64,000 nt of DNA from an uncultured delta proteobacterium (GTDB taxonomy: Bacteria; Myxococcota_A; Polyangia; Polyangiales; Houyiibacteriaceae). Positions 19,288-28,300 of this stretch are shown piece by piece. Under the pieces are notes generated by a model. That model was not told the DNA's origin, searched no databases, and worked only from the letters and a program-made list of their open reading frames with translations. The stretch's first letter is position 1; each line of letters opens with the position of its first letter. The DNA is taken from NCBI GenBank assembly GCA_963716775.1, contig CAVQUI010000004.1:288360-352359 (forward strand), in the 5' to 3' direction. A program made the translations under genes and the position numbers.

Positions 19288-20220
19288 TCAACAGGCCCGC
19301 ACGCCGCTTGCACCCCAGGAGACGTCGATAGGATGCAGCCCTTCGCCTTTGCAGGCCAGCTCAAAGCGGTTCGCGGCTTCCGGGTCGACGAAGAACGCGA
19401 TCCCGACGTCTCCGCCACCTGCTCCACAAGGCTTCGCACTCCCCGAAAACCCCGCGGCAAGCTCGGCGGCGCGCCGCAGACGTGCCTCGAGAATTGGCGC
19501 ACCAGCCGCCTCCCCGAGCGATTCCATTGCATCGCAATACGAAGCCGCCTCGGCGACGACAGTCGGCGCATTTCCAAGCTCGAAGGAAGCGGCAAATCGC
19601 GTCGAGAGCTCGGCCAGACGCTCCATACACGCCCGGTAGCGGCCTGAGTCGTTGCGTCTGAGCGCCTTCACCTTTGCGACGAGCTCGCTGGTTCGCGCGG
19701 CGTGACCCGTCCAGACTAGGCGAATGTGTAGCTCGTCCGGTCGCCGGAGCGCGCGCGTTTCCACGCGATCGCCCGTGCGCTCGAACCGCAGAAAACCGCC
19801 GAAGGTCGAGGCTGCCACGTCGACTCCACTTCCCTCTGGCGCGATGGAGGCGTGACCCTCGAACGCAGAAGCAAAGACCTGCCGCAACGTGTCCGGATCA
19901 GCGAGATCGGCCCCGTGCGAAGCGAAGACGGCGGCGGCGGTCGCTGCTGCCGCTGCTGCGGACGAGCCCAGGCCGAGCTTGATGCGGTCCTGATGCAGAT
20001 CGCTCGCATCCAAACGCAATGACCGACCGACGGGTCCGAGCGCGGCTTGAGCGAGGGCCAGGGTGGCCTCGACCTCCGGCGGCATCGCCCCTGGATCATC
20101 GGTCCAGGCGACCGTGACGCGCCGATCGACAGCCGCCACGACGGCCGCCGCGCCTTCGAGCACCGCATACTCCCCGCAGAGGAGCGCCTTGCCAGGGGCG
20201 CTCGCTCCCGTCGGCGTCAC
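19288..20220 (-). CDS. GHMP kinase, probable phosphomevalonate kinase
   Basis: GTG at 20218-20220 overlaps the mvaD TGA (GTGA). Motifs GKALLCGEYAVLEG and KLGLGSSAAAAAA are present. It sits after mvk and mvaD. Confidence 0.75.
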   Translation of the reverse strand: MTPTGASAPGKALLCGEYAVLEGAAAVVAAVDRRVTVAWTDDPGAMPPEVEATLALAQAALGPVGRSLRLDASDLHQDRIKLGLGSSAAAAAATAAAVFASHGADLADPDTLRQVFASAFEGHASIAPEGSGVDVAASTFGGFLRFERTGDRVETRALRRPDELHIRLVWTGHAARTSELVAKVKALRRNDSGRYRACMERLAELSTRFAASFELGNAPTVVAEAASYCDAMESLGEAAGAPILEARLRRAAELAAGFSGSAKPCGAGGGDVGIAFFVDPEAANRFELACKGEGLHPIDVSWGASGVRAC

Positions 20221-21206
20221 TGATGCACCTCGACATCGGGTCCGGGCTTGGCGACCCAGCTCCGCGTTACGCCCTCGGTTCGGTCGAGGGCCTGCCGAAC
20301 GCGGCTTGCGTCGCTGGCCGCGCAAAGCGCCTTCACGTGCGGTCCGGCATCCATGGTCGCCCAGACCGAAACCCCGCGCTCCCGAAGTCCGCGAACGGTG
20401 GCTAGCGCGGCCAGAGTCGCCGGCGCCCAATAGACGATTGGCGGGTCTGACGTGATCGCGCAGCAGTGAAAGGCGAACGTGCTCTGCTCCATCGCCGCGC
20501 CGAGTGTATCGAGCTCGCGCTCCTTGATCGCGCGTTTGATCTTTCGAGACCATTTGGGCGCCTGCTCTAGCCAGGCCTGGTAGTAGGGCGAGGTCTTGCG
20601 CGACCGCTCCATCCCTTCGGTCGAACCGACTTTCTTCTTGCCGGGCTCGGTCAGCGCCACGACCAACCTTAGATTCCAATGCTCAGGAGGCGCGACCTGC
20701 CGGGCGGCCAGGTCGACATCGCCCCGGCTGCCCGCCGGGAGCTCGACGAATCCGCCGTAGATCGAACGAGCCGCCGACGCGCTAGACGCCCGGGCCAAGG
20801 CGCTCAGGCGGCGTGCATTGAAGTCGATTCCAGCCGCCGCCGAAGCTGCCGCAGCAAGCGCGGCAAAGCCGGAGGCGCTCGAGGCCAGGCCTGCGGCGGT
20901 TGGAAAGTGATTGTGGCTGCTAACGCGAGCCTTCACGCGAAGTCGCGCTTCACGCCGAACACGGTCCAGCATCGCGATGACCCGGTCGGCCTCGGCCTCG
21001 GTCGCGGGTCTGCCGTCCAGCCTGACCAAGTCCGAACAAAGGGACCGGTCGAACCGAACTCGGGTCTCGGTCACGAGCTGGTCCAGGGTCAGAGAGACGC
21101 TTGGCACCGCGGGGACGTTTCGCTTCACGTCGGCTTTCCCCCAGTACTTTGCCAGTGCGATGTTTGCGCAGGCCCGCGCGCTCGCTTCCATGGGACGCTC
21201 AATCAC
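20217..21206 (-). CDS. mvaD: Diphosphomevalonate decarboxylase
   Basis: NIALAKYWGKADVKRNVPAVPSVSLTL plus a GHMP motif (TAAGLASSASGFAALA). The start is either the GTG at 21206 (GTGA overlap with the mvk stop) or the ATG at 21191. Confidence 0.9.
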   Translation of the reverse strand: MIERPMEASARACANIALAKYWGKADVKRNVPAVPSVSLTLDQLVTETRVRFDRSLCSDLVRLDGRPATEAEADRVIAMLDRVRREARLRVKARVSSHNHFPTAAGLASSASGFAALAAAASAAAGIDFNARRLSALARASSASAARSIYGGFVELPAGSRGDVDLAARQVAPPEHWNLRLVVALTEPGKKKVGSTEGMERSRKTSPYYQAWLEQAPKWSRKIKRAIKERELDTLGAAMEQSTFAFHCCAITSDPPIVYWAPATLAALATVRGLRERGVSVWATMDAGPHVKALCAASDASRVRQALDRTEGVTRSWVAKPGPDVEVHQ

Positions 21207-22099
21207 GCGCTCACCTCCGCTACGAACGCGTCTTGTCCGAGCACCTCGCACAGGCGTAGCGCTTCGTCGTGCTCGGGGGCCAGCGCAAACATGCAGCCGC
21301 CACCGCCAGCGCCGGTCATCTTGGCGCCGAGCGCTCCGGCCCGCCTTGCGGCCTGACACATCTCTTCGAGCTTGCTGGTGCAGAGCATCAAGGAGCTGAG
21401 GATCGTGTGATTCAAGTCGAGCAACTGGCCGAGCGCGACGTGATCGCCGGCTTCGATGGCGAGCTTCGCGTTGCGCACCAGCACCTCGATGCCTTCGAAG
21501 GACTTGCTCACACGCCCATGGTCGTTTTGGAGCTGACGGGCTACCGAGGCGACCATCTCCTTGGTGCTCGAGGACTCGCCGCTGTAGCCGATGACCAGGT
21601 GAAGAGGTTTGTTCGAGCGCAGCGGCTCAAGCGGCTCGCCCTTGCGGTAGAGCGCCACACCACCGATTGCCGACATGGTGTTGTCGATCCCCGAGGGGTT
21701 ACCGTGAAAGATCCTCTCCCAGGCGAGCGCCGCATCTGCCAGTTCCGTTCTGGAACGCTCGATGCCCAAGGTCTCGTCGATCGCATCGAGCACGGCTACG
21801 CCGATCGCCGCAGAGCAACCAAGCCCCGCTCCAGCCGGAAGCTCGACCTGCGCGCTCAGCTCGAGCGCCGGACGTTCCTGGTACAGCTCGAGCGCCGCCG
21901 CGAACGCGCGTTCGAGGGGCTCGCTACCTCGCGGATCGGGCCTGAGCGCCATGTCCCAGGGCGCGAGCCGCAGAAGATCACGCTCCGCGACTTTGGCCTG
22001 GGCGCTGACGCCCCGTTCGATTCCGACCGCGATAGCTGGGCAGCCATGAACGACCGCGTGCTCGCCGAGCAGAATGACCTTGCCTCTGCCAAAACCCAT
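21203..22099 (-). CDS. mvk: Mevalonate kinase
   Basis: MGFGRGKVILLGEHAVVHG, GAGLGCSAA and a GAGGGGCMFAL motif. The ATG at 22097-22099 overlaps the upstream TGA by 1 nt (TGATG). Confidence 0.9.
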   Translation of the reverse strand: MGFGRGKVILLGEHAVVHGCPAIAVGIERGVSAQAKVAERDLLRLAPWDMALRPDPRGSEPLERAFAAALELYQERPALELSAQVELPAGAGLGCSAAIGVAVLDAIDETLGIERSRTELADAALAWERIFHGNPSGIDNTMSAIGGVALYRKGEPLEPLRSNKPLHLVIGYSGESSSTKEMVASVARQLQNDHGRVSKSFEGIEVLVRNAKLAIEAGDHVALGQLLDLNHTILSSLMLCTSKLEEMCQAARRAGALGAKMTGAGGGGCMFALAPEHDEALRLCEVLGQDAFVAEVSA

Positions 22100-23121
22100 C
22101 AACTTCCTCGGTCCGTGAGCCGCCGCGTGACTTCCCCGAGCATCTGCCGGGCCTCGTCGTCGAACGGGCTTGCGGCCAGTGCGGTTCGGGCTTGGTCCGC
22201 CAGCAAGCCCAGTCGCTCCTCTACCTCGACCTTGGCGGGGGCGAGTATTTCGGCAGCAGCCGCGATCTCGTCATCGCTTGCGTCCGCCCGGCCCCAGACC
22301 CGGTCGAGCAAGGCGCAGTCCGCGTCGTTCGGTCCGAGCCTCCGAAACGCCGCCACGACGGCATTGTGCTTGCCGTGACGCAAGTCGTCGCCGGGCTTTC
22401 CGGTTTCGTGGACGCTCCCAAAGGTACCGAGCAGGTCGTCCCGAAGTTGAAACGCAACACCGAGCGGCGCCGACCATTCGCGAAGAGCCGCCATGCCAGC
22501 TTCGTCCGCATTGGCGAGAATGCCTCCGAGCTCCGCAGGTCCGCGCGTCGTGTAGCTACCGGTCTTCAAGTCGTGCATCCGCTCGACGTCGCCGTCGGTC
22601 ATGAGGTCGAGTTGTTGCCCGGCGAAGACTTCCTTTTGGATCCTAACGAAGAGCGCCAGGCCTTCGTCCCGCCGGCCTTCGGGAAAGCGGCCGCCGAGAA
22701 AGAGCTCCCATCCGAAGGTCGAAGCCAGATCCCCCGCGAGGATGCCGAGGCTCGCTCCGAGGTGGTCATGGCCATGCTTCTTCTGAAACGCGTAGTGGAC
22801 GGCGGGCCCGCCCCTGCGTTCACGGTCCTCGTCCATCCAGTCGTCGTGAATCAGCAAATAGGTTTGCAGAAGCTCCAGCGCGGCGCCGACTTCGAAGGTC
22901 GGGCCGAGGTCCCTGACTCCACTGGCCGCCCGGAAGGCCGCAGCGGTGACGATCGGTCTCAGTCGTTTTCCGCCGCGCATGGTGAGATCGCGCACCTCGG
23001 TGACCAGCTCGATCGCCGCGGGGGAAAGCTCAATCGCTTCGTTGCACTTCGACTCGAAAAAACGTTCGAGGATGGCGTCGACGCGCTGCCGGATGCCCCC
23101 CATCCAGGACTCGAGATCCAT
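22099..23121 (-). CDS. Polyprenyl (farnesyl/geranylgeranyl) diphosphate synthase
   Basis: First Asp-rich motif LLIHDDWMDED and second Asp-rich motif FQLRDDLLG. The ATG at 23119-23121 (MDLESWMGGIRQRVDAILERFF) is preferred, because the longer ORF start at 23211 would overlap fni. Confidence 0.88.
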   Translation of the reverse strand: MDLESWMGGIRQRVDAILERFFESKCNEAIELSPAAIELVTEVRDLTMRGGKRLRPIVTAAAFRAASGVRDLGPTFEVGAALELLQTYLLIHDDWMDEDRERRGGPAVHYAFQKKHGHDHLGASLGILAGDLASTFGWELFLGGRFPEGRRDEGLALFVRIQKEVFAGQQLDLMTDGDVERMHDLKTGSYTTRGPAELGGILANADEAGMAALREWSAPLGVAFQLRDDLLGTFGSVHETGKPGDDLRHGKHNAVVAAFRRLGPNDADCALLDRVWGRADASDDEIAAAAEILAPAKVEVEERLGLLADQARTALAASPFDDEARQMLGEVTRRLTDRGS

Positions 23122-23197
23122 TTGCCCTTGCGCCACGGTGTCAGTGTCCTTATTCCGAGCTACGTACACGGCGGAACGCTGCCGAGCAAGCAACGCG

Positions 23198-24238
23198 ATG
23201 AGCACAGACATTGAGCAGAGAAAGGCCGATCATCTCGATCTGTGCGCGACCGACGAGGTCGCGTTTCGGCAACGCACGACGCTTCTCGAATGCGTGCGGC
23301 TCGTGCATCAGTCGCTCCCCGAGGCGAGCTTCGACTCCATCGACACGCGCGTTCGCTTGCTCGGGAAGGAGCTGCGCGCGCCGCTCCTGATTGCCGCCAT
23401 GACCGGCGGCCACGAGCGCGCCGCCGAGATCAACCAGGGTCTGGCCTCGATTGCCAACGAGCTCGGCTACGCCTTCGGCCTGGGAAGTCAGCGCGCCATG
23501 CAGAAGCGTCCCGAGACGAGCTGGACTTATCAGGTGCGAGATCACGCGCCGGACGCACTCCTCTTCGGTAACGTCGGAGTGGTACAGGCGCGCGACCTGT
23601 CCACCGAGGCAATCGGGAGGATGCTGTCAGAGGTCGGCGCGGACGCCCTATGCGTCCACATGAACCCCGCGATGGAGTTGGTCCAGTCAGATGGCGATCG
23701 GGACTTCAGCCGATGCCTCGAAACCTTCCAGCGCCTTTGGGCGGAGCTGGGTGTGCCGGTGATCGCAAAGGAAACCGGCAATGGGATTAGCCGGGAGGTC
23801 GCGGCCCGATTGCGGGCGGTTGGTATTCGTCACGCAGACACTTCGGGAGCGGGCGGCACCTCCTGGGTCGGCGTCGAAACCTTGCGTGCCGAGGGCGACG
23901 GCCGGGCGCTCGGCGAGGCGCTGTGGGATTGGGGGGTTCCGACTGCCGCGTCAGTTCGGTACTGCGTCGAGGCAGGGATGACCACAATCGCCACCGGAGG
24001 CATCCGAACCGGCATGGATGTCGCGCGCGCAATCGTGCTCGGTGCAAGCTGTGCAGGCATCGCCCGAAACGTTTACCAGGCCTTCATCGAAGGAGGTGCG
24101 GATGGCGCCCGCGCGTTCCTGCTGCGCGTCGAGCGCGAGCTCCGCGCAATCATGCTGCTCTGCGGCGCCAAGACGATCGAAGATCTGCAACAGGCGCCCC
24201 GGGTCGTGACCGGCGAGCTTCGCGACTGGATCGGCTAG
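23198..24238 (+). CDS. fni: Type 2 isopentenyl-diphosphate delta-isomerase (FMN-dependent)
   Basis: ATG at 23198 (MSTDIEQRKADHLDLC...). It has TIM-barrel motifs LIAAMTGG, VIAKETGNG and GGIRTG. It is transcribed divergently from the ids-mvk operon. Confidence 0.92.
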   Translation: MSTDIEQRKADHLDLCATDEVAFRQRTTLLECVRLVHQSLPEASFDSIDTRVRLLGKELRAPLLIAAMTGGHERAAEINQGLASIANELGYAFGLGSQRAMQKRPETSWTYQVRDHAPDALLFGNVGVVQARDLSTEAIGRMLSEVGADALCVHMNPAMELVQSDGDRDFSRCLETFQRLWAELGVPVIAKETGNGISREVAARLRAVGIRHADTSGAGGTSWVGVETLRAEGDGRALGEALWDWGVPTAASVRYCVEAGMTTIATGGIRTGMDVARAIVLGASCAGIARNVYQAFIEGGADGARAFLLRVERELRAIMLLCGAKTIEDLQQAPRVVTGELRDWIG

Positions 24239-24268
24239 CGATTCTAGGGTGCGCCGACGTTCGGCCGG

Positions 24269-25339
24269 TCAGCCTTCGACTTGGTCCTCGCTCGGGACGG
24301 ATTTAGGCTCTTCAGGTGGCGGTTGGTAGCGCAGCAAGTCCTCGACCCGTTCGAGCAGTTCGCCTTCGAAGTGCAGCGAAAAGCGCGGCTCGAGCAGCTT
24401 CATTCGAACACGCCAGACGACCGGATCGGCAGGATCTCGCAGAACGACCGGCGTGGCTCCTGCGAGCACCCAGGGCGAGCTCAGAATTGCGTCCGTGAGC
24501 GCCATGCGCACCTTGCCGGCGTTCTCGTAGCCTTCGAGCCGTACCACCACTTCATGCTCAGCGTCGGAGCCGGCGTCGTACACCATCGGCGCACCAACCA
24601 TCGCGCGGTTCGGAACGGTGAGGCGGTGCCCCTGTCCGTCGCGCAGCCAGGTCGCGCGGAGCGTCCTGCCTTCGACCGTCCCCTGAAATCCATCGCCAGA
24701 GACCCACATCCCCTTCTTCACGCGCCGTTCGACGGCGAGAATTGCACCGGCAACCAGGTCGGCGAACAGATCGCGGACCGACCATCCGATGACCAGGGCG
24801 AGAACGGCCAGTGTCCAGAGCATCCAACTCTGGTCGTTTGGGACCAATTCGAAAACAACCGCTAGAAGCAGACAAAACGCTGCGATGCGAAGACCGAACA
24901 CGAGTCCGCCGAGCACGCGCCGCAGCGGAATGTTCGTGGTGATCCAATTGCGGGTGCGCTCGGCCAGGAACAGCAGCAGACCCACGGCAAGCAGCCAGAG
25001 GAATAGGACGAGCAGCGGATCGCGTTCCTGCGTCCTGGGCGACTCCTCGCCGGCGTCGCCGGGGGGCTGCGTCCGAGCGATCGAGCTCGGCGGATTTTGA
25101 GAGGGGCTTTGCGCAGAGGTCTGCTCTTGCTCGAGGGCCGGGCGCTCATCCGTTCGTTTCTTGGCTGGAGCCGGCTTGGCTGCTGTCCTGCTTGTCTTCG
25201 ATTCCGCCCGGGTTTCCTCTCGAGCATCCTGCTGGTTCTGCGATTCGTCGGTCCGGTCGAAAAGCTGCGCCCCAGCGGGAGCCGCGATAGAGGCGATCAG
25301 CAGAAACGACAAGCAAGAGCGTTGGAGCTTCGAAATCAC
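24269..25339 (-). CDS. MscS-family mechanosensitive channel with a long low-complexity periplasmic N-terminus
   Basis: Signal peptide, TM helices and an MscS beta-domain signature (GDGFQGTVEGRTLRATWLRDGQGHRLTVPN). GTG at 25337-25339 overlaps the upstream TGA (GTGA). Confidence 0.8.
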   Translation of the reverse strand: MISKLQRSCLSFLLIASIAAPAGAQLFDRTDESQNQQDAREETRAESKTSRTAAKPAPAKKRTDERPALEQEQTSAQSPSQNPPSSIARTQPPGDAGEESPRTQERDPLLVLFLWLLAVGLLLFLAERTRNWITTNIPLRRVLGGLVFGLRIAAFCLLLAVVFELVPNDQSWMLWTLAVLALVIGWSVRDLFADLVAGAILAVERRVKKGMWVSGDGFQGTVEGRTLRATWLRDGQGHRLTVPNRAMVGAPMVYDAGSDAEHEVVVRLEGYENAGKVRMALTDAILSSPWVLAGATPVVLRDPADPVVWRVRMKLLEPRFSLHFEGELLERVEDLLRYQPPPEEPKSVPSEDQVEG

Positions 25340-28300
25340 AGTACCCAGCCCCGTTCTGCAAATACGCGGCCGAGCACCCCGCGTAGATGTACCGCGATGA
25401 CGAACGCACCTTCGCGCTCCTCCAGCAAACCCAGGTGCGCCAAGCGGCTCAGCTGCGCCTGTGCGGTGTTCACGTCCAGTCTGAACAATCTTGCCTGGCC
25501 GGCGGCGTCTATCCAGCCCCCGCGGGCGATTTGGTAGAGGTTGACCTGGACGTCATCCGGAAGGCGTCGCACCCGTGCGTACGACGAAGCCGGGATCGGT
25601 CCAACATGCACGATGTCGTCCTGGATGCCGCGGATCGAAGCGAGCCAAAGTCGAAGTGAATCGCGCACCAGGCCCCCGGTCGCATCGTGCAGCTCGTGGA
25701 AGTACTGGTCGTACGGCCTTCGAATCCGCGTGGCGCTTCTCGCGAACAAGCCCTCGATCGGTGAGCCATCTCCTCGGTCGAAGGAGTGCTCGAATCCGCT
25801 CAACCGGTGCCGCGCAATGACGGCGGCCTGCAGCTCCTCCTCGCTCAAGGGCTCGAGTCGAACCAGCTCGGGGAATGCATCGCGGAGCGGCGCCACCGTC
25901 GAGGCGAAGTTCCAAAAGAGCACTGCGCCGTGCGCCAGCCAGCGTCGACGCCCGCCCTCCTCGATGATGCCTTTGACGAAACGTCGAAGTGGGTCGAAGC
26001 CACCAGGAGCCATCGAGAGCATCCAGTGGAGCCCGTCCACGACCACCAACTGGCCTTCAGGCGAGTCCTGGAAAATCGCCTCGACGTCTTCCACCGTCAC
26101 CGGTGCGGTGAAGACCACTCGCTTAACGTTCTTCCAGCGGCGGCTTCGCACGATCGCGCTCGAGACGGCCGCCTTTCCGACGCCATCGACTCCGACCAGT
26201 GCGACCGAGCGCAAGCGTCCTTTGATCTCCGTTGAAAGCACAGCCTCTGCGCGGCGGATCTCCTGGTCTCGGCCGGTGAGTACGTCGCCGGCCTCCATCG
26301 TGTCCGCCGCGAACAGACGCCGGTAAACCAGCGGGAGGTTCGTCGCTACGTCCGGCGCGGCAAAGGCGCCTGCAGAGAGCTCCTCGGTCGGAAGGGCTCG
26401 CGTCAAGCCGAGACGCTCACTCCAGCGCTCCAGTCGTTCCTCGCCGAACAAGGCGCGAAGACCACCACGGAGCTGGCCCTTGAGCCGTTTCATCCGGGGG
26501 ACGCGCTCCGCCTTGTTCATGATTCGAAGTCCGCTGGCGGCGCGACGCATCGCCTCGAGACGCGACCTGCTGAAGGAGCCCTCGGCAAGCTCACCCCGGA
26601 GCGTTTCGAGTGTGCCGAGCGCGGCGTCACGCATCTCGCGGTCGATGATCGCCGGCCACCCCTGCGCATCGGCGCGAATCTCTTCGAGCGAATTGTAGCT
26701 TCGCTCGAGCTGGCCGTAGACCATGTCGCGAAGAAGCGTGTGCATCTCTTCGGGGATCGGCTCGTCGTGCACGACCTCGAGCTCAGCAGTCGCTAGCTCG
26801 ACGTTGAATGCCACGACGCGCTCGAGCTCCTGAAGCAGGTTGGCCAGGGGCTGAACACGCTCGGCCAGGTCCTGTCGAGTCGCCAGCAGCTTCGGGGCCA
26901 CACGGCTATCGATGTACGTGAGCACCACCTCTCGGAACGGCACTTCGACCTCGGGGAGCGCGGCAGGCAAGCGCCACTCGCCGGTCTGTCGCTGGCCCAC
27001 GGTCACTCGGTAGCGCGGGGTGAGGGCGCGGCAGGCGTCCACCAAGGCGTCGAGGAGTGGGGCGATCTTCGTGTCGTCGCTCAAGTGGGAGTAGAGCTCC
27101 GAGGTCACTCGCGCCGCTTCGCCTGTGGCCCTGCTCGTCGCCTCAGTCGACTTGCGTAGTGCGGCAGCCAGCTCTTCTCCGGAGTAGTCCGCTTCCAGCT
27201 CTTTGTTCAGCTTCAGCAGCGATTTCTGAAGCGTTTCGCTGACTCGCTCGACTTGAGACGTCGCCCGGCGCTTGACCGTATTGGTGAGCCGAAGAACGTA
27301 CTCGGCGACGTTGTCCTTGATTCGCGCTTCCAGGCCGAGCAGCTCGAGCTCCATAGCCAGCGACGAGTACTCCGCCGAGCTCGCTTTTCGGAGGTTCGAT
27401 ACGTCCTTGGTGAGCGTCTCCATCGCTCGCATGCGATTTGCGAAGCGGCGGCTCGTGCGGCGGTCGCCGGTACGCAAGTCGAGGGTTCCAAAGGTCGGCA
27501 GGTCTTCTTTCATGTGAACGAAACCGGTCGCCAGAGCGCTAGCGGCGCGATGGGTGCCATCTCCGGTGATACGCACCGTTTCGTCGAGCGCCAGAGCGAG
27601 CTCTTCCTCGACGTCGTGCCGAAGCCGAACGAGTTGTCCTTCTAGATCGGAGTCCGGGTTCGCCGAGATGTCTACGATGTCGTCGTAACCGGCGATCACA
27701 CCGTCGAAGAGACTTCGCGTGCGAGCTGCGAGGTGCCGATCAGCTTCGACGAAGAGAGCCGCCAAGGCTTCCAGGCGCGCTGGCGCATCATAGGAAAGAT
27801 GGAAGCGACCTAGAGCACGCAGCCGGACGTCGCGGCTTGGCTCGCTCTGACCAAGGGTCTTGCGCCAGCCCCGTCTCAGTCGAAGCCCGCCCCGCCGGAT
27901 CCGTTTCCAGATCGAATCATCTTCCTTGGTCTGGTAGCTGACGTCTTCGTACGGCGCCGTGACGACCAAGGGAAGCTCGTCGACGAGCCCGTCGACGGTC
28001 TCGAGCATGACCTCCGGCGTCCAGGTGAGCTTGGCGAGCGTAACCGACCTGCCAAGGACGATTCCGCGCCAGTGCGCTGCGAGGTCGGACTGAGCGGAGC
28101 GCAGCATCGTCACCAGCTCATCCCGTTCGGCGCCGTCTTCGGCCCGAGCTTGAACGGTCAAGCGCCGGTGATGGCGTAGAAACTCGCGCCGAAGATCCCG
28201 CAAGTACTTTCCCGCGTCGACTTGGAATTCCCGGAGCGGGCCGGTCGAAACTTCGCGAACGATGCTCTGCAGATCGCCCGCCAGGTCTTGGACGCTACTG

